A DNA stretch of 64,000 bases. Origin: an uncultured Alphaproteobacteria bacterium (GTDB taxonomy: Bacteria; Pseudomonadota; Alphaproteobacteria; Rhizobiales; Xanthobacteraceae). Where the stretch lies: contig CAVZYQ010000017.1 of the NCBI GenBank assembly GCA_963779545.1, positions 54,172 to 118,171 of the forward strand, in the 5' to 3' direction. The first letter of the stretch is position 1, and the number at the start of each line of letters is the position of its first letter. Positions 21,367 through 30,306 of this stretch are shown here, in pieces. The translations under genes and the position numbers were made by a program. Below the pieces are notes generated by a model that ran no database searches, was not told where the DNA came from, and saw only the letters and a list, made by a program, of their open reading frames with translations.

Positions 21367-21906
21367 TCATTGAGCTTTCAGGAGCGTGTCCCGGCGTTGA
21401 ATGTCGACTTCGGAGCGCGCGTGCTTCAGAAACGCCCGCTTCTTCTTCAGCACCTCGCTTTTTGCGAGCTCTGCAATCGCCCCATCCTTCAGATTGACGC
21501 CGCTCACGAGGTCATAAATCTCGACAAGATGATTCAGGATCGCGGGACGTTCGTCCTTACGCGGTGCAGGCTCCGACGCGACGACATCGAGGCTGAACAC
21601 CGGGAAATACAGCCGGCCCTTGTCGATCGTCGCCGACAGCGAAATGAGAAGCTCATCCCGCTTCCCCGCAAGCTGCTCGCCGGTCGCACTGCGCGCGCAC
21701 TCGCGGAGCAGAAACTCGATCTGGATGATCGTGTCGATCGCGCTGTTCGTCCACGCGATGATGTCGTTGTCGCGTTGAATGCGAAGCGTAACGATCGCCA
21801 GTTTCCGTTGCTTGAAATAGGCAACAACGGAAAATGCAAACGCAACGCAGGCGATCGCCGCAGCGGCGAGGTCGAGCTGTATTGCGATACGCTCTTCGAT
21901 CTGCAT
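21367..21906 (-). CDS. Uncharacterised 179-aa single-pass membrane protein (ORF-A) between ilvI and ilvH
   Basis: Intact ORF. The ATG lies 2 nt after the ilvI stop. There is one N-terminal hydrophobic helix (about residues 13-31), then a helical soluble part. It has more A/T-ending codons than its neighbours. Confidence 0.7.
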   Translation of the reverse strand: MQIEERIAIQLDLAAAAIACVAFAFSVVAYFKQRKLAIVTLRIQRDNDIIAWTNSAIDTIIQIEFLLRECARSATGEQLAGKRDELLISLSATIDKGRLYFPVFSLDVVASEPAPRKDERPAILNHLVEIYDLVSGVNLKDGAIAELAKSEVLKKKRAFLKHARSEVDIQRRDTLLKAQ

Positions 21907-21908
21907 CG

Positions 21909-23669
21909 CTACACCAGCACCTTGCCCTTTTCGTCGATCGCCTTGCGGATGTCCTGCTCGACGTCGCCCATCAGCATTTCGTTATGCGCCTTGCCTGACG
22001 GAATCATCGGGAAACAGTTTTCCGCCTGATCGACCATGCAGTCGAAGATCACCGGCTTGTCGACGTTGATCATCTCCTTGATGGCATGGTCGAGGTCGCC
22101 CGGCTTGTCGCAGCGGATGCCGACGCCGCGGTAGGCCTCGGCGAGCTTCACGAAATCCGGCAGCGCCTCGGAATAGCTGTGCGAGTAGCGCCCTCCATGC
22201 AGCAGCTCCTGCCACTGCCGCACCATGCCCATGTACTGGTTGTTCAGGATGAATATCTTGATCGGCAGATTGTACTGCGCCGCCGTCGACATCTCCTGCA
22301 TGGTCATCAGCACCGAGGCCTCGCCCGCGATGTCGATCACGAGCGACTTCGGATGCGCAAGCTGCACGCCCACCGACGCCGGCAGGCCGTAGCCCATGGT
22401 GCCGAGCCCGCCGCTCGTCATCCAGCGGTTCGGCTCCTCGAACTTGAAGAACTGCGCCGCCCACATCTGATGCTGCCCAACTTCCGTCGTGATGTAGACG
22501 TCGCGATCCCTGGTCAGGTCGTACAGGCGCTGGATCGCGTATTGCGGCTTGATCGTCTCGTTCGAGGGGCGGTACGCGAGGCAATCGCGCGCCCGCCACT
22601 TGTCGATCTGCTTCCACCATGACGCCAACGCGGCCTTGTCGACCTGCTTACCGCCCTCTTTCCAGATGCGGATCATGTCTTCCAGCACGTTGGCGCAATC
22701 GCCGACGATCGGAATGTCGACCTTGACGTTCTTGTTGATCGACGAAGCGTCGATGTCGACGTGGATCTTGCGCGAGTTCGGCGCGAACGCGTCGATACGG
22801 CCGGTGATGCGGTCGTCGAAGCGCGCACCGATGCACAACATCACGTCGCAATCGTGCATCGTCCAGTTCGCCTCGTAGGTGCCGTGCATGCCGAGCATGC
22901 CGAGCCATTGCGGGTTCGCGGCCGGGAATGCGCCGAGCCCCATCAAAGTCGAGGTCACCGGAAAGCCGGTCATCCGCGCGAACTCGCGCAGCAGATGGCT
23001 CGCCTGCGGACCCGAATTGATGATGCCGCCGCCCGAATAGATGATCGGTTTCCTGGCATTCGCCAGCATCTCGATCGCAGCTTTGATGCGGTCCTGATCG
23101 CCCTTCACCCTCGGCTGATAGCTCTTCATCGGCACCTCTTCGCGCTCCAGATAGGTGCCGGTCGCAAACTGCACGTCCTTCGGGATGTCGACCACCACCG
23201 GTCCCGGCCGGCCGCTCTTCGCGATGTGGAACGCCTCGTGCAGGACGCGCGACAGGTCGTTCACGCTCTTCACGAGGTAATTGTGCTTGGTGCAGGGGCG
23301 CGTGATGCCGACCGTGTCGCACTCCTGGAACGCATCGTTGCCGATGAGATGCGTCGGGACCTGTCCCGTGATGCAGACCAGCGGGATCGAATCCATCAGG
23401 GCGTCGGTCAGTCCGGTCACGGCGTTGGTCGCGCCGGGGCCGGAGGTCACCAGCACGCAGCCGACCTTGCCGGTCGAGCGCGCATAGCCCTCGGCGGCGT
23501 GCGTCGCGCCCTGTTCGTGCCGCACCAGGATGTGCTGGAGCTTCTGTTGCTGGAAAATGGCGTCATAGATCGGAAGGACCGCCCCGCCCGGATAGCCGAA
23601 GATGTGCTCGACCCCATTGTCCAGCATGGCCTGGACCACCATTTCGGCGCCGGTCATTTGTCTGCTCAT
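21909..23669 (-). CDS. ilvI: Acetolactate synthase large (catalytic, ThDP) subunit
   Basis: Intact 586 aa: MSRQMTGAEMVVQAMLDNGVEHIFGYPGGAVLPIYDA... Confidence 0.97.
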   Translation of the reverse strand: MSRQMTGAEMVVQAMLDNGVEHIFGYPGGAVLPIYDAIFQQQKLQHILVRHEQGATHAAEGYARSTGKVGCVLVTSGPGATNAVTGLTDALMDSIPLVCITGQVPTHLIGNDAFQECDTVGITRPCTKHNYLVKSVNDLSRVLHEAFHIAKSGRPGPVVVDIPKDVQFATGTYLEREEVPMKSYQPRVKGDQDRIKAAIEMLANARKPIIYSGGGIINSGPQASHLLREFARMTGFPVTSTLMGLGAFPAANPQWLGMLGMHGTYEANWTMHDCDVMLCIGARFDDRITGRIDAFAPNSRKIHVDIDASSINKNVKVDIPIVGDCANVLEDMIRIWKEGGKQVDKAALASWWKQIDKWRARDCLAYRPSNETIKPQYAIQRLYDLTRDRDVYITTEVGQHQMWAAQFFKFEEPNRWMTSGGLGTMGYGLPASVGVQLAHPKSLVIDIAGEASVLMTMQEMSTAAQYNLPIKIFILNNQYMGMVRQWQELLHGGRYSHSYSEALPDFVKLAEAYRGVGIRCDKPGDLDHAIKEMINVDKPVIFDCMVDQAENCFPMIPSGKAHNEMLMGDVEQDIRKAIDEKGKVLV

Positions 23670-23720
23670 GGCTCACTCCAGTCTCGGTCAGCTCTCGGTC
23701 GTTAAACTCTTACTCAGGCA

Positions 23721-23746
23721 ACAAAAAAGGCCCCTGAAGGGCCCTG
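23721..23746 (-). terminator. Attenuator terminator in the ilvI leader
   Basis: The mRNA reads GGCCC-UUCAG-GGGCC followed by UUUUUUGU, about 50 nt before the ilvI ATG and just after the leader ORF. Confidence 0.65.
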
Positions 23747-23773
23747 CACGCACCGCCTGTTCGCGGATGGCTG

Positions 23774-23827
23774 TCAGCCACCCTCGGCAGTGCGTGCGAT
23801 ACCTACGATAAGAATATTGCGCGACAT
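23774..23827 (-). CDS. ilv leader peptide MSRNILIVGIARTAEGG (17 aa)
   Basis: Hand translation gives ATG TCG CGC AAT ATT CTT ATC GTA GGT ATC GCA CGC ACT GCC GAG GGT GGC TGA. AGGA lies just upstream. Five of residues 5-10 are Ile/Leu/Val. Confidence 0.6.
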   Translation of the reverse strand: MSRNILIVGIARTAEGG

Positions 23828-23858
23828 CGTCCTAGTCCGTCATTTCCTTGCGCGGGCT

Positions 23859-23887
23859 TATAAGGCTCTCGCGCGGGCTACGTCAAG
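23859..23887 (-). promoter_or_regulatory. Sigma-70-type promoter candidate for the ilv operon
   Basis: The minus strand reads CTTGAC-N17-CTTATA, upstream of the leader ORF. Confidence 0.5.
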
Positions 23888-23921
23888 CAGAATTAAGGCG
23901 TTCCGGCAAGACGGCAAGGCA

Positions 23922-25059
23922 TTACGAAAGCTCCATCAGCAGCCCGGTCAGCAGCTTCGCCCGCACGGCCAAGCTGTCGACCAGAATGTGTTCCTGCAGC
24001 GTATGGGCGCCCGCGCCGCAGACACCCAGCCCGTCCAGCGAGGCAATTCCCAGCGCGCCGGTGAAGTTGGCGTCCGAACCGCCGCCCGAGCTTTCGTGCG
24101 CGAGGTCGATCCCGAGGCCGGCAGCGATCCGCTTCGCGGTGTCGTACATCGCCAGAGTCTTGGCGTTCGGCTCCCACACCGGGCGCGTGACGCCGCGCGT
24201 GACGATGAAGCGGCCTGACTCGTCGTCGCCCTTGGTCAGGCCAAGCATGCGCTCGACGCCGCCGTCGAGATCGCTCTGACGCTTGGCCATGCTCAGCGCC
24301 TCGCCCTCGCACGCGCTCGCCACGCAGTTCACCCACTGCCCGCCGTGGATCACGCCGACGCTGAACGTGCAGGCATCGGTGGTCATGCCTTCGATTTGCG
24401 GGATCATGTCCGCCATGATGCGGATCGCGGAGCGCCCGTCCTTCAGCCGCGCGCCCGCGTGGCTCGGCCGGCCGATGGCTTTCAGATTGAACCGCGCAAT
24501 CGCATAGCGCCCGGTGACGATCCCGCCGTCAGCCCGGCCCGGCTCGGGCACCAGCACATATTTGTGCCGCGCGGCTTCTGCCTCGATCAGTTCGCGCGTG
24601 CTTGGACTGCCGATTTCCTCATCGCTGGTGAACAGGAACGTCACTGGCAGCGCGGGGCCCTCGCCCAGCCGCTGCAGCATGCGCAGCGCTTCGAGTGCGA
24701 TGAAGTTGCCGCCCTTCATGTCGAAAATGCCCGGGCCGTAGCACTTGTCGCCCTCGCGCCGCCACGGCAATCCGGACGCAAGCGTGCCGACCGGATGCAC
24801 GGTATCGAGGTGGCCCATGACCAGAACGCCGGGCTTGTCCTCGTGCCCGAAGGAAAATCGCGCGCGCACGCAATCGCCGAGGCCCATCCGTCCCGCGATA
24901 CGCTCCACCGTCGCACCGGACTGCAGCGCACTCCCGCGCCGCGTGGTCCATCATCGCATTCACCCGCGCCGCATCGAAGGTCGGGCTTTCGATCTCAACC
25001 CAGGGCTTGAGGCCCGCCAGCATGGCGTCGGCATCGAACGGCAGTTGCGCAATGTTCAT
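23922..25059 (-). pseudogene. M20 family metallopeptidase (carboxypeptidase G2-like), one frameshift
   Basis: The N-terminus MNIAQLPFDADAMLAGLKPWVEIESPT (ORF 24619..25059) continues in ORF 23922..24908 (GHLDTVHP...FTSDEEIGS...). Shift near 24925. Confidence 0.8.
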
Positions 25060-25137
25060 GGGGCACTCGTCTGGCGGGCAGGAAGACAGCCGCTATGATA
25101 GAGGAAGGCCGCGCCGAAAAACCATCAGGAAACGCCC

Positions 25138-25851
25138 ATGCTCGACCCTGCTTCCGTTAAAGCGCTGTTCTTCGACGTGTTCGGCACCGTGGTCGACTGG
25201 CGCACCTCAATCGCACGTGAAAGCGAAGCCGTGCTCGCGCCGAAAGGCCACACGCTCGACTGGCTCGCCTTCGCGGACGCCTGGCGCGACGAGTATCAGC
25301 CCGCCATGGAAGAGGTGCGCACGGGCGTGATGCCGTTCTCCAAGCTCGACGTGCTGCACCGGCGCAATCTTGAGCGCATCCTGCCGCGCTTCAAGGTGTC
25401 CGGCCTCGACGAAGCCACGATGGCGCACCTCAACCGCGCCTGGCACCGGCTCGACGGCTGGCCCGACGCGACCGAAGGACTGCGGCGGCTGCACCGGAAA
25501 TTCCTGATCGCGCCGGTGTCGAACGGCAACATCTCGCTGATGTGCGGCATCGCGCGGCGCAACGACTTCCCGTGGGACGCGATCCTCGGCGCCGAGATCG
25601 CGGGCGACTACAAGCCGAAGCCCCGCGTCTATCTGCGCGCCGCCGAAGCCTTCGACTGCGCGCCCGGCGAATGCGTGATGGTGGCGGCGCATTCCGGCGA
25701 CCTCGCTGCGGCGGCCGCGGCCGGGCTGAAAACCGCGCACGTCGCGCGGCCGAACGAGCACGGCCCCGGCAAGGGCGAGACCAAGCCGGACGTACCGGTC
25801 GATATCGCGGTCGGCAGCTTCACGGAACTTGCCGACAAGCTTGGCGCATGA
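25138..25851 (+). CDS. HAD-superfamily hydrolase (haloacid dehalogenase type II-like)
   Basis: Intact 237 aa. It has an FFDVFGTVVDW motif I and a C-terminal AAHSGDL motif. Confidence 0.8.
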   Translation: MLDPASVKALFFDVFGTVVDWRTSIARESEAVLAPKGHTLDWLAFADAWRDEYQPAMEEVRTGVMPFSKLDVLHRRNLERILPRFKVSGLDEATMAHLNRAWHRLDGWPDATEGLRRLHRKFLIAPVSNGNISLMCGIARRNDFPWDAILGAEIAGDYKPKPRVYLRAAEAFDCAPGECVMVAAHSGDLAAAAAAGLKTAHVARPNEHGPGKGETKPDVPVDIAVGSFTELADKLGA

Positions 25852-25936
25852 TCACAGGCGTCTCACCGGATCGTCATCGGAATTGCATCGCGTCCCTGCG
25901 CGGCTCGGATATTTTCGGGCAAAGCTGAGGAGCCTG

Positions 25937-26833
25937 ATGCCCTTCCTGCGCGAAAAATCCGGCAAGTGGAGCCCTGAGCGGATCGTTGCCTTCGTCGGCG
26001 CATGCCTGCCCGCGCTGTGGCTGGCGTGGCGCGCGTGGAACGGAGAGCTCAACCCCGCGCGCCCGGTGAACGAAGCGATCCACTCGACCGGCTACTGGGC
26101 GATGCTGTTCGTGGTCTTCTCGCTCGCCGTCACGCCGGCGCGCCGCCTGTTCAACGCGCCGAAGCTGATCAACATGCGCCGCACGCTCGGCGTCACGGCG
26201 TTCTGCTACGCGGTGCTGCATCTTCTGCTTTACGTCGTTCAGGAGAAGTACGATCTCCTGAAGGTCGCGAGCGAGATCGTGCTGCGCGTCTATCTCATCA
26301 TCGGCTTCCTCGCGCTGATCGGCCTGACCGCGCTGGCCGCAACCTCGACCGACGGCATGATCAGGCGGCTCGGCGGCGCGCGCTGGAGCCGGCTGCACAA
26401 AATCGTTTACGCGATCGCGATCCTCGGCGGCATCCACTTCCTGATGCAGACCAAGCTCGACATCTCCGACTCCGTGATGGTCGTCGGCTTTGTGCTCTGG
26501 CTGCTCGGCTACCGGCTGCTGCACCGCTACGTCGGCGCCGTGAGGCTGATGTGGTCACTCGCACTCACGTTCATGGCGTCGGCGCTCACCGCCGTCGCCG
26601 AAGCCGCATGGTACGGCGCAACAACCGGCGTGATGTGGACGCGTGTACTGTCAGCCAACCTCGATTGGGACATCTGGAGCCTGATGTTCCGCCCTGCGCA
26701 TTGGGTGCTGATCGCGGGCCTTGGCGTCACGTTCGCGTCGTTCCTGTGGTCGCTGCGTCCTCAGCGGCCGAGCGCGCGCAGGACCTCGCCAAAAGCGCCC
26801 TCCGGCGCGATCCATGCCCAGTCCGTCAATTGA
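25937..26833 (+). CDS. Ferric-reductase-like transmembrane protein (MsrQ/YedZ-like) with extended C-terminus
   Basis: Starts [11 protein letters not shown] after [37 protein letters not shown] is YedZ-like. The 3' end overlaps the convergent miaA by about 70 nt, so the stop is uncertain. Confidence 0.6.
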   Translation: MPFLREKSGKWSPERIVAFVGACLPALWLAWRAWNGELNPARPVNEAIHSTGYWAMLFVVFSLAVTPARRLFNAPKLINMRRTLGVTAFCYAVLHLLLYVVQEKYDLLKVASEIVLRVYLIIGFLALIGLTALAATSTDGMIRRLGGARWSRLHKIVYAIAILGGIHFLMQTKLDISDSVMVVGFVLWLLGYRLLHRYVGAVRLMWSLALTFMASALTAVAEAAWYGATTGVMWTRVLSANLDWDIWSLMFRPAHWVLIAGLGVTFASFLWSLRPQRPSARRTSPKAPSGAIHAQSVN

Positions 26834-27687
26834 TGGCGCACCCAGGTGAATTGCCGCTTGGTGTAGCGGCGGGTGTCGTTCTTTCCGCCTTCGGCCGCTT
26901 CGGCCAGCGTGATCTCGCCATTGAGATGGCGGATCAGCCACGGCACACCATGCGCCTTCATCGCCGGGAGCAGCGGGTCGAGCTTGCGCTCGCCAAGCGC
27001 ACGCACTTCATCAAGCGCGCCGGCGGCCATCATTATGTCGAAACGCGCATCGATGCGGCGGCGCAGCTCGGGCCGCTCCGGCGCGAGGAAGACCTTCACG
27101 GCATTTGAGGCGTCCACAAGCGGCGGCAGTCCGTCGCGATGCCACTCACTCAACGAACGTCCGGTCGCCTCCAGCACCTCAAGCGCGCGTGCGATGCGCG
27201 TGCGATCGTTCGGCTTTAGCGTGGCTGACGATGGATCGCGCCGCGCGAGTTCGCTGTGCAAGGTCACGGGACCTTCCGCTTCCATGCGCGCCCGCACGTT
27301 TGCCCGGATATCATCCGGGACCCACGGTACGTTCGACAACCCCCGCGTCAGCGCCTTGAAATAAAGCCCGGTGCCGCCGACGAGGATCGGTACGCGACCT
27401 GCTGCCTGCACATCCGCCAACCCCGGCTGCACATCCGCCAGCCATCGCCCGACCGAATAATTCTCCGCCGCATCGACGTGCCCGTAGAGCAGGTGTGGAA
27501 CGCGCGCTTCCTCATCCGGCGTCGGCCGCGCCGTGATGACCCGCAGGTCGCGATAGACCTGCATCGAGTCCGCATTGATGATCGTGCCGCCGGTCTCCCG
27601 CGCGACCGCAAGCGCCAGCGCCGACTTGCCGCTCGCGGTCGGCCCTGCGATAAGCACCGCCTTTCCGGCAGTTTCCGAATGACTCAC
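26761..27687 (-). CDS. miaA: tRNA dimethylallyltransferase
   Basis: GTG start gives [26 protein letters not shown]... It is the lower third of the long ORF 26761..28512. Confidence 0.9.
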   Translation of the reverse strand: MSHSETAGKAVLIAGPTASGKSALALAVARETGGTIINADSMQVYRDLRVITARPTPDEEARVPHLLYGHVDAAENYSVGRWLADVQPGLADVQAAGRVPILVGGTGLYFKALTRGLSNVPWVPDDIRANVRARMEAEGPVTLHSELARRDPSSATLKPNDRTRIARALEVLEATGRSLSEWHRDGLPPLVDASNAVKVFLAPERPELRRRIDARFDIMMAAGALDEVRALGERKLDPLLPAMKAHGVPWLIRHLNGEITLAEAAEGGKNDTRRYTKRQFTWVRHQLTDWAWIAPEGAFGEVLRALGR

Positions 27688-28572
27688 GTCGCAACTCTCA
27701 TTTCCAATCCGGCCCACGCCGCGCTCGACAATCCCGCGATCGCGCTTGCCGTGGGCGTGCTGGCGACTGCGCAGGACGTGCGCGTGCTCGACCCCGGCAT
27801 CGCGGCCGATATTCCCTTTACGCCGGGCGGCGCGAACGACAAAGCGGTCGCCGAGCTGTTGCGCACCGCCCTGAAGGACTTGCCCGTCGATGTGGTCGTG
27901 CAGCCGGCCGCCGCGCGCCGCAAGAAGCTGTTCGTCGCCGACATGGATTCCACCATGATTGGCCAGGAATGCATCGACGAACTCGCCGACTACGTCGGGC
28001 TGAAGGCACACGTCGCGGCGATCACCGAGCGGGCGATGCGCGGCGAGATCGCGTTCGAGCCCGCGCTGCGCGAGCGCGTCGCGTTGCTCAAGGGCCTGCC
28101 GGTCAAGGCCGTCGAGGAGGTGATCGCAAATTGTATCACCTTGACGCCAGGGGGCCGCACGCTGGTCGCGACCATGCTCCGGAACGGCGGCTACACGTGC
28201 CTTGTCTCCGGCGGGTTCACGTTGTTCACCAGCCGCATCGGCGCAGCGATCGGGTTCAACGAACACCGCGGCAACACGCTGCTGGTCGACGGCGACGCCT
28301 TCGCGGGCGCGGTGCAGGAGCCGATCCTCGGCCGCGAGGCCAAGCTTGGGACGCTGATCGAGCTGCGCGATCGCCTCGGCATCGCCGCCAGCGAAACAAT
28401 GGCCGTCGGCGACGGCGCGAACGACCTTGCGATGATCGAGGCGGCGGGCCTCGGCGTCGCCTATCACGCCAAGCCGAAGGTCGCCGCAGCCGCGCACGCG
28501 CGCATCGATCACGGCGATCTCACGGCGCTACTCTATGCGCAGGGCTATGCGCGTGCCGAGTTCGTGGAATAG
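27679..28572 (+). CDS. serB: Phosphoserine phosphatase
   Basis: [11 protein letters not shown]...[18 protein letters not shown]...[11 protein letters not shown]. It lies within ORF 27256..28572. Confidence 0.9.
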   Translation: MTHVATLISNPAHAALDNPAIALAVGVLATAQDVRVLDPGIAADIPFTPGGANDKAVAELLRTALKDLPVDVVVQPAAARRKKLFVADMDSTMIGQECIDELADYVGLKAHVAAITERAMRGEIAFEPALRERVALLKGLPVKAVEEVIANCITLTPGGRTLVATMLRNGGYTCLVSGGFTLFTSRIGAAIGFNEHRGNTLLVDGDAFAGAVQEPILGREAKLGTLIELRDRLGIAASETMAVGDGANDLAMIEAAGLGVAYHAKPKVAAAAHARIDHGDLTALLYAQGYARAEFVE

Positions 28573-29782
28573 CGCCCGATCAGCAGCGTACCGATCGCGA
28601 GCGCATACACCAGCGCGGCGACCGCAAACACCGCGCCGCCGCCCGAGACCTCACGGATAAGGCCGAAGGCCGCGGGCGCGAACGCGTAGGTCGCCTGCCC
28701 GATGGCAACCACCAGCGCGACCACACGCGGCACGTCGTCCTTGACGAAATCGGTCTGCGCGATCAGCGGCGGCATCGAGGTCACGTTGCCGATGCCGACG
28801 CCGAACAGCATCACGCCGAGAAGCAGCAACGGAATATTGGTACCCGCGGCCACGACCAGCAGCAGCGTCCCGGCGATCTGCACCGCATAGCTGATGCAGG
28901 CGACGACGCGGCGGTCGGCATGCGCCGGCATCAGCCAGCCGACGATCATCCGGCCAAACATTCCGGCGCCGGTGCCGATGCCCATGACGATGCCGGCCCA
29001 CCCCTTGCCGAGCGCCGGCACCAGCAGCGAGTAGAGGTGCGTGATCAGGCCGATCTGCGCGAACAGCGAGAGCGCCGCGCCGGCCGCCAGCGTGATGAAG
29101 GCGACATCGCGCCACAGCAAGCGCCCCGGCAGCGCCTTCGCATGCGGCGAGGTGACGGACGCGGCGGGCACGCCCGGATCGTCGCCGTCCGGAGCGAGCC
29201 CCATCTGCTGCGGCGTGCTCGAGAAAAATCGCAGCGCAAGCACACCGGTCGCCGCAATCGTGGCGACGCCGATCAGAGCCGCGGCGAGTGGAAATCCCAG
29301 CCTCCGATCGCCACGACCCACAGCGGCGAGAAGATCAGGCCGGCGAAACTCGCGCCGTTATAGGCGGCCCCAAGCGCGGCCGGCCGCGTGCGCACGAACC
29401 ACGGCGAGACGACCGCGTTGACCGCAACGCCACCCATCGCGGCCCAGCCCGCGCCGCTCACCAGCGTGGCGGCGAAAAGCTCCCAGGGCTCTGCCGCAAC
29501 GGCCCAGCCGAAAACACCCGCCGCGAGTAGAATGGCCGCCGTCGTGGTGACGGCCGGCAGTCCGAACCGCCGGTACAGCGCCGGCACACTGGCGACGACG
29601 ATGGCGCCCGCGAGATAGTGCACCGTCACGGCGGTCGAGATCACGCCGAGCGAGAAGCCGCGCGCCTCGCGCACCGCATGCAGGTAGACCGGGGGGCCGT
29701 AGAACCCGAGGCCCCAGCCGAAGAACGCGAGCACGAAGGCCGCGCCGACGATCCGCCATCCATAGAATTTCGCCACGCGCAT
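28545..29782 (-). pseudogene. MFS transporter, one frameshift
   Basis: The N-terminal half is ORF 29273..29782 and the C-terminal half is ORF 28545..29321. Shift near 29300. Confidence 0.75.
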
Positions 29783-29909
29783 TCTCCCCCGGTCAATCTG
29801 CCGGGCGCACGCAAGCGAAGCTACGGCATACGCCGAAGCGTCGCTCCGTCTGATGCTGAGGAGATAGGCGCGATGTGTCCGGGAAACTTGGAGAAAATTG
29901 CGGGAAAAC

Positions 29910-30191
29910 TCAACCGACTGTCACGTCTTTCCAGAAGCCGACGCGGTCCGCGACCTGGGCGATGCGCGGCTGCGGGCGCTCGTAGACCCATGCGTTGCGC
30001 GGATAGCGCCTGCCGTCGATCACGACGTCATAAAACTGCACGGCGTGCGGACACTCGAGATCCTTCGGTGTCCTGGGCGACTTCTCCAGCCACTCCGTGC
30101 GCGCAGCGGCGAGCGGGAAATAGTGGTAGCCGCCGACCGAAACGGTGTCGCTGCTGTCGGCGAGCACGGCGCCGTTGAGCGTGGCTTTCAT
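29910..30191 (-). CDS. DUF427 domain protein
   Basis: Intact 93 aa: MKATLNGAVLADSSDTVSVGGYHYFP... Confidence 0.7.
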   Translation of the reverse strand: MKATLNGAVLADSSDTVSVGGYHYFPLAAARTEWLEKSPRTPKDLECPHAVQFYDVVIDGRRYPRNAWVYERPQPRIAQVADRVGFWKDVTVG

Positions 30192-30201
30192 ATGAAGCTC
30201 C

Positions 30202-30290
30202 GTAGGGCGGGCAAAGCGAAGCGTGCCCGCCGAATCTCAAGCCTCAAATAAGAAGGCGGGCACGGCGTTTCACGCCCATGCCCGCCCTAC
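30202..30290. repeat. Tandem REP-like hairpins sharing the stem GGCGGGCA/TGCCCGCC
   Basis: Hairpins lie at 30206..30231 and 30255..30286. The outer arms gtagggcggg / cccgccctac are also complementary. Confidence 0.7.
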
Positions 30291-30306
30291 AGCAATCACA
30301 GTCTGC

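Noticed and set aside
23832-23843. Mini-ORF ATG ACG GAC TAG upstream of the ilv leader peptide
   Set aside because: It is only three codons with no branched-chain residues. The downstream 17-codon ORF with the Ile/Leu/Val run is the plausible regulatory peptide.
26761-28512. 583-aa ORF suggesting a much longer MiaA
   Set aside because: The upper 275 codons are antisense to serB and have no similarity to anything. The P-loop lies 13 codons after GTG 27687.
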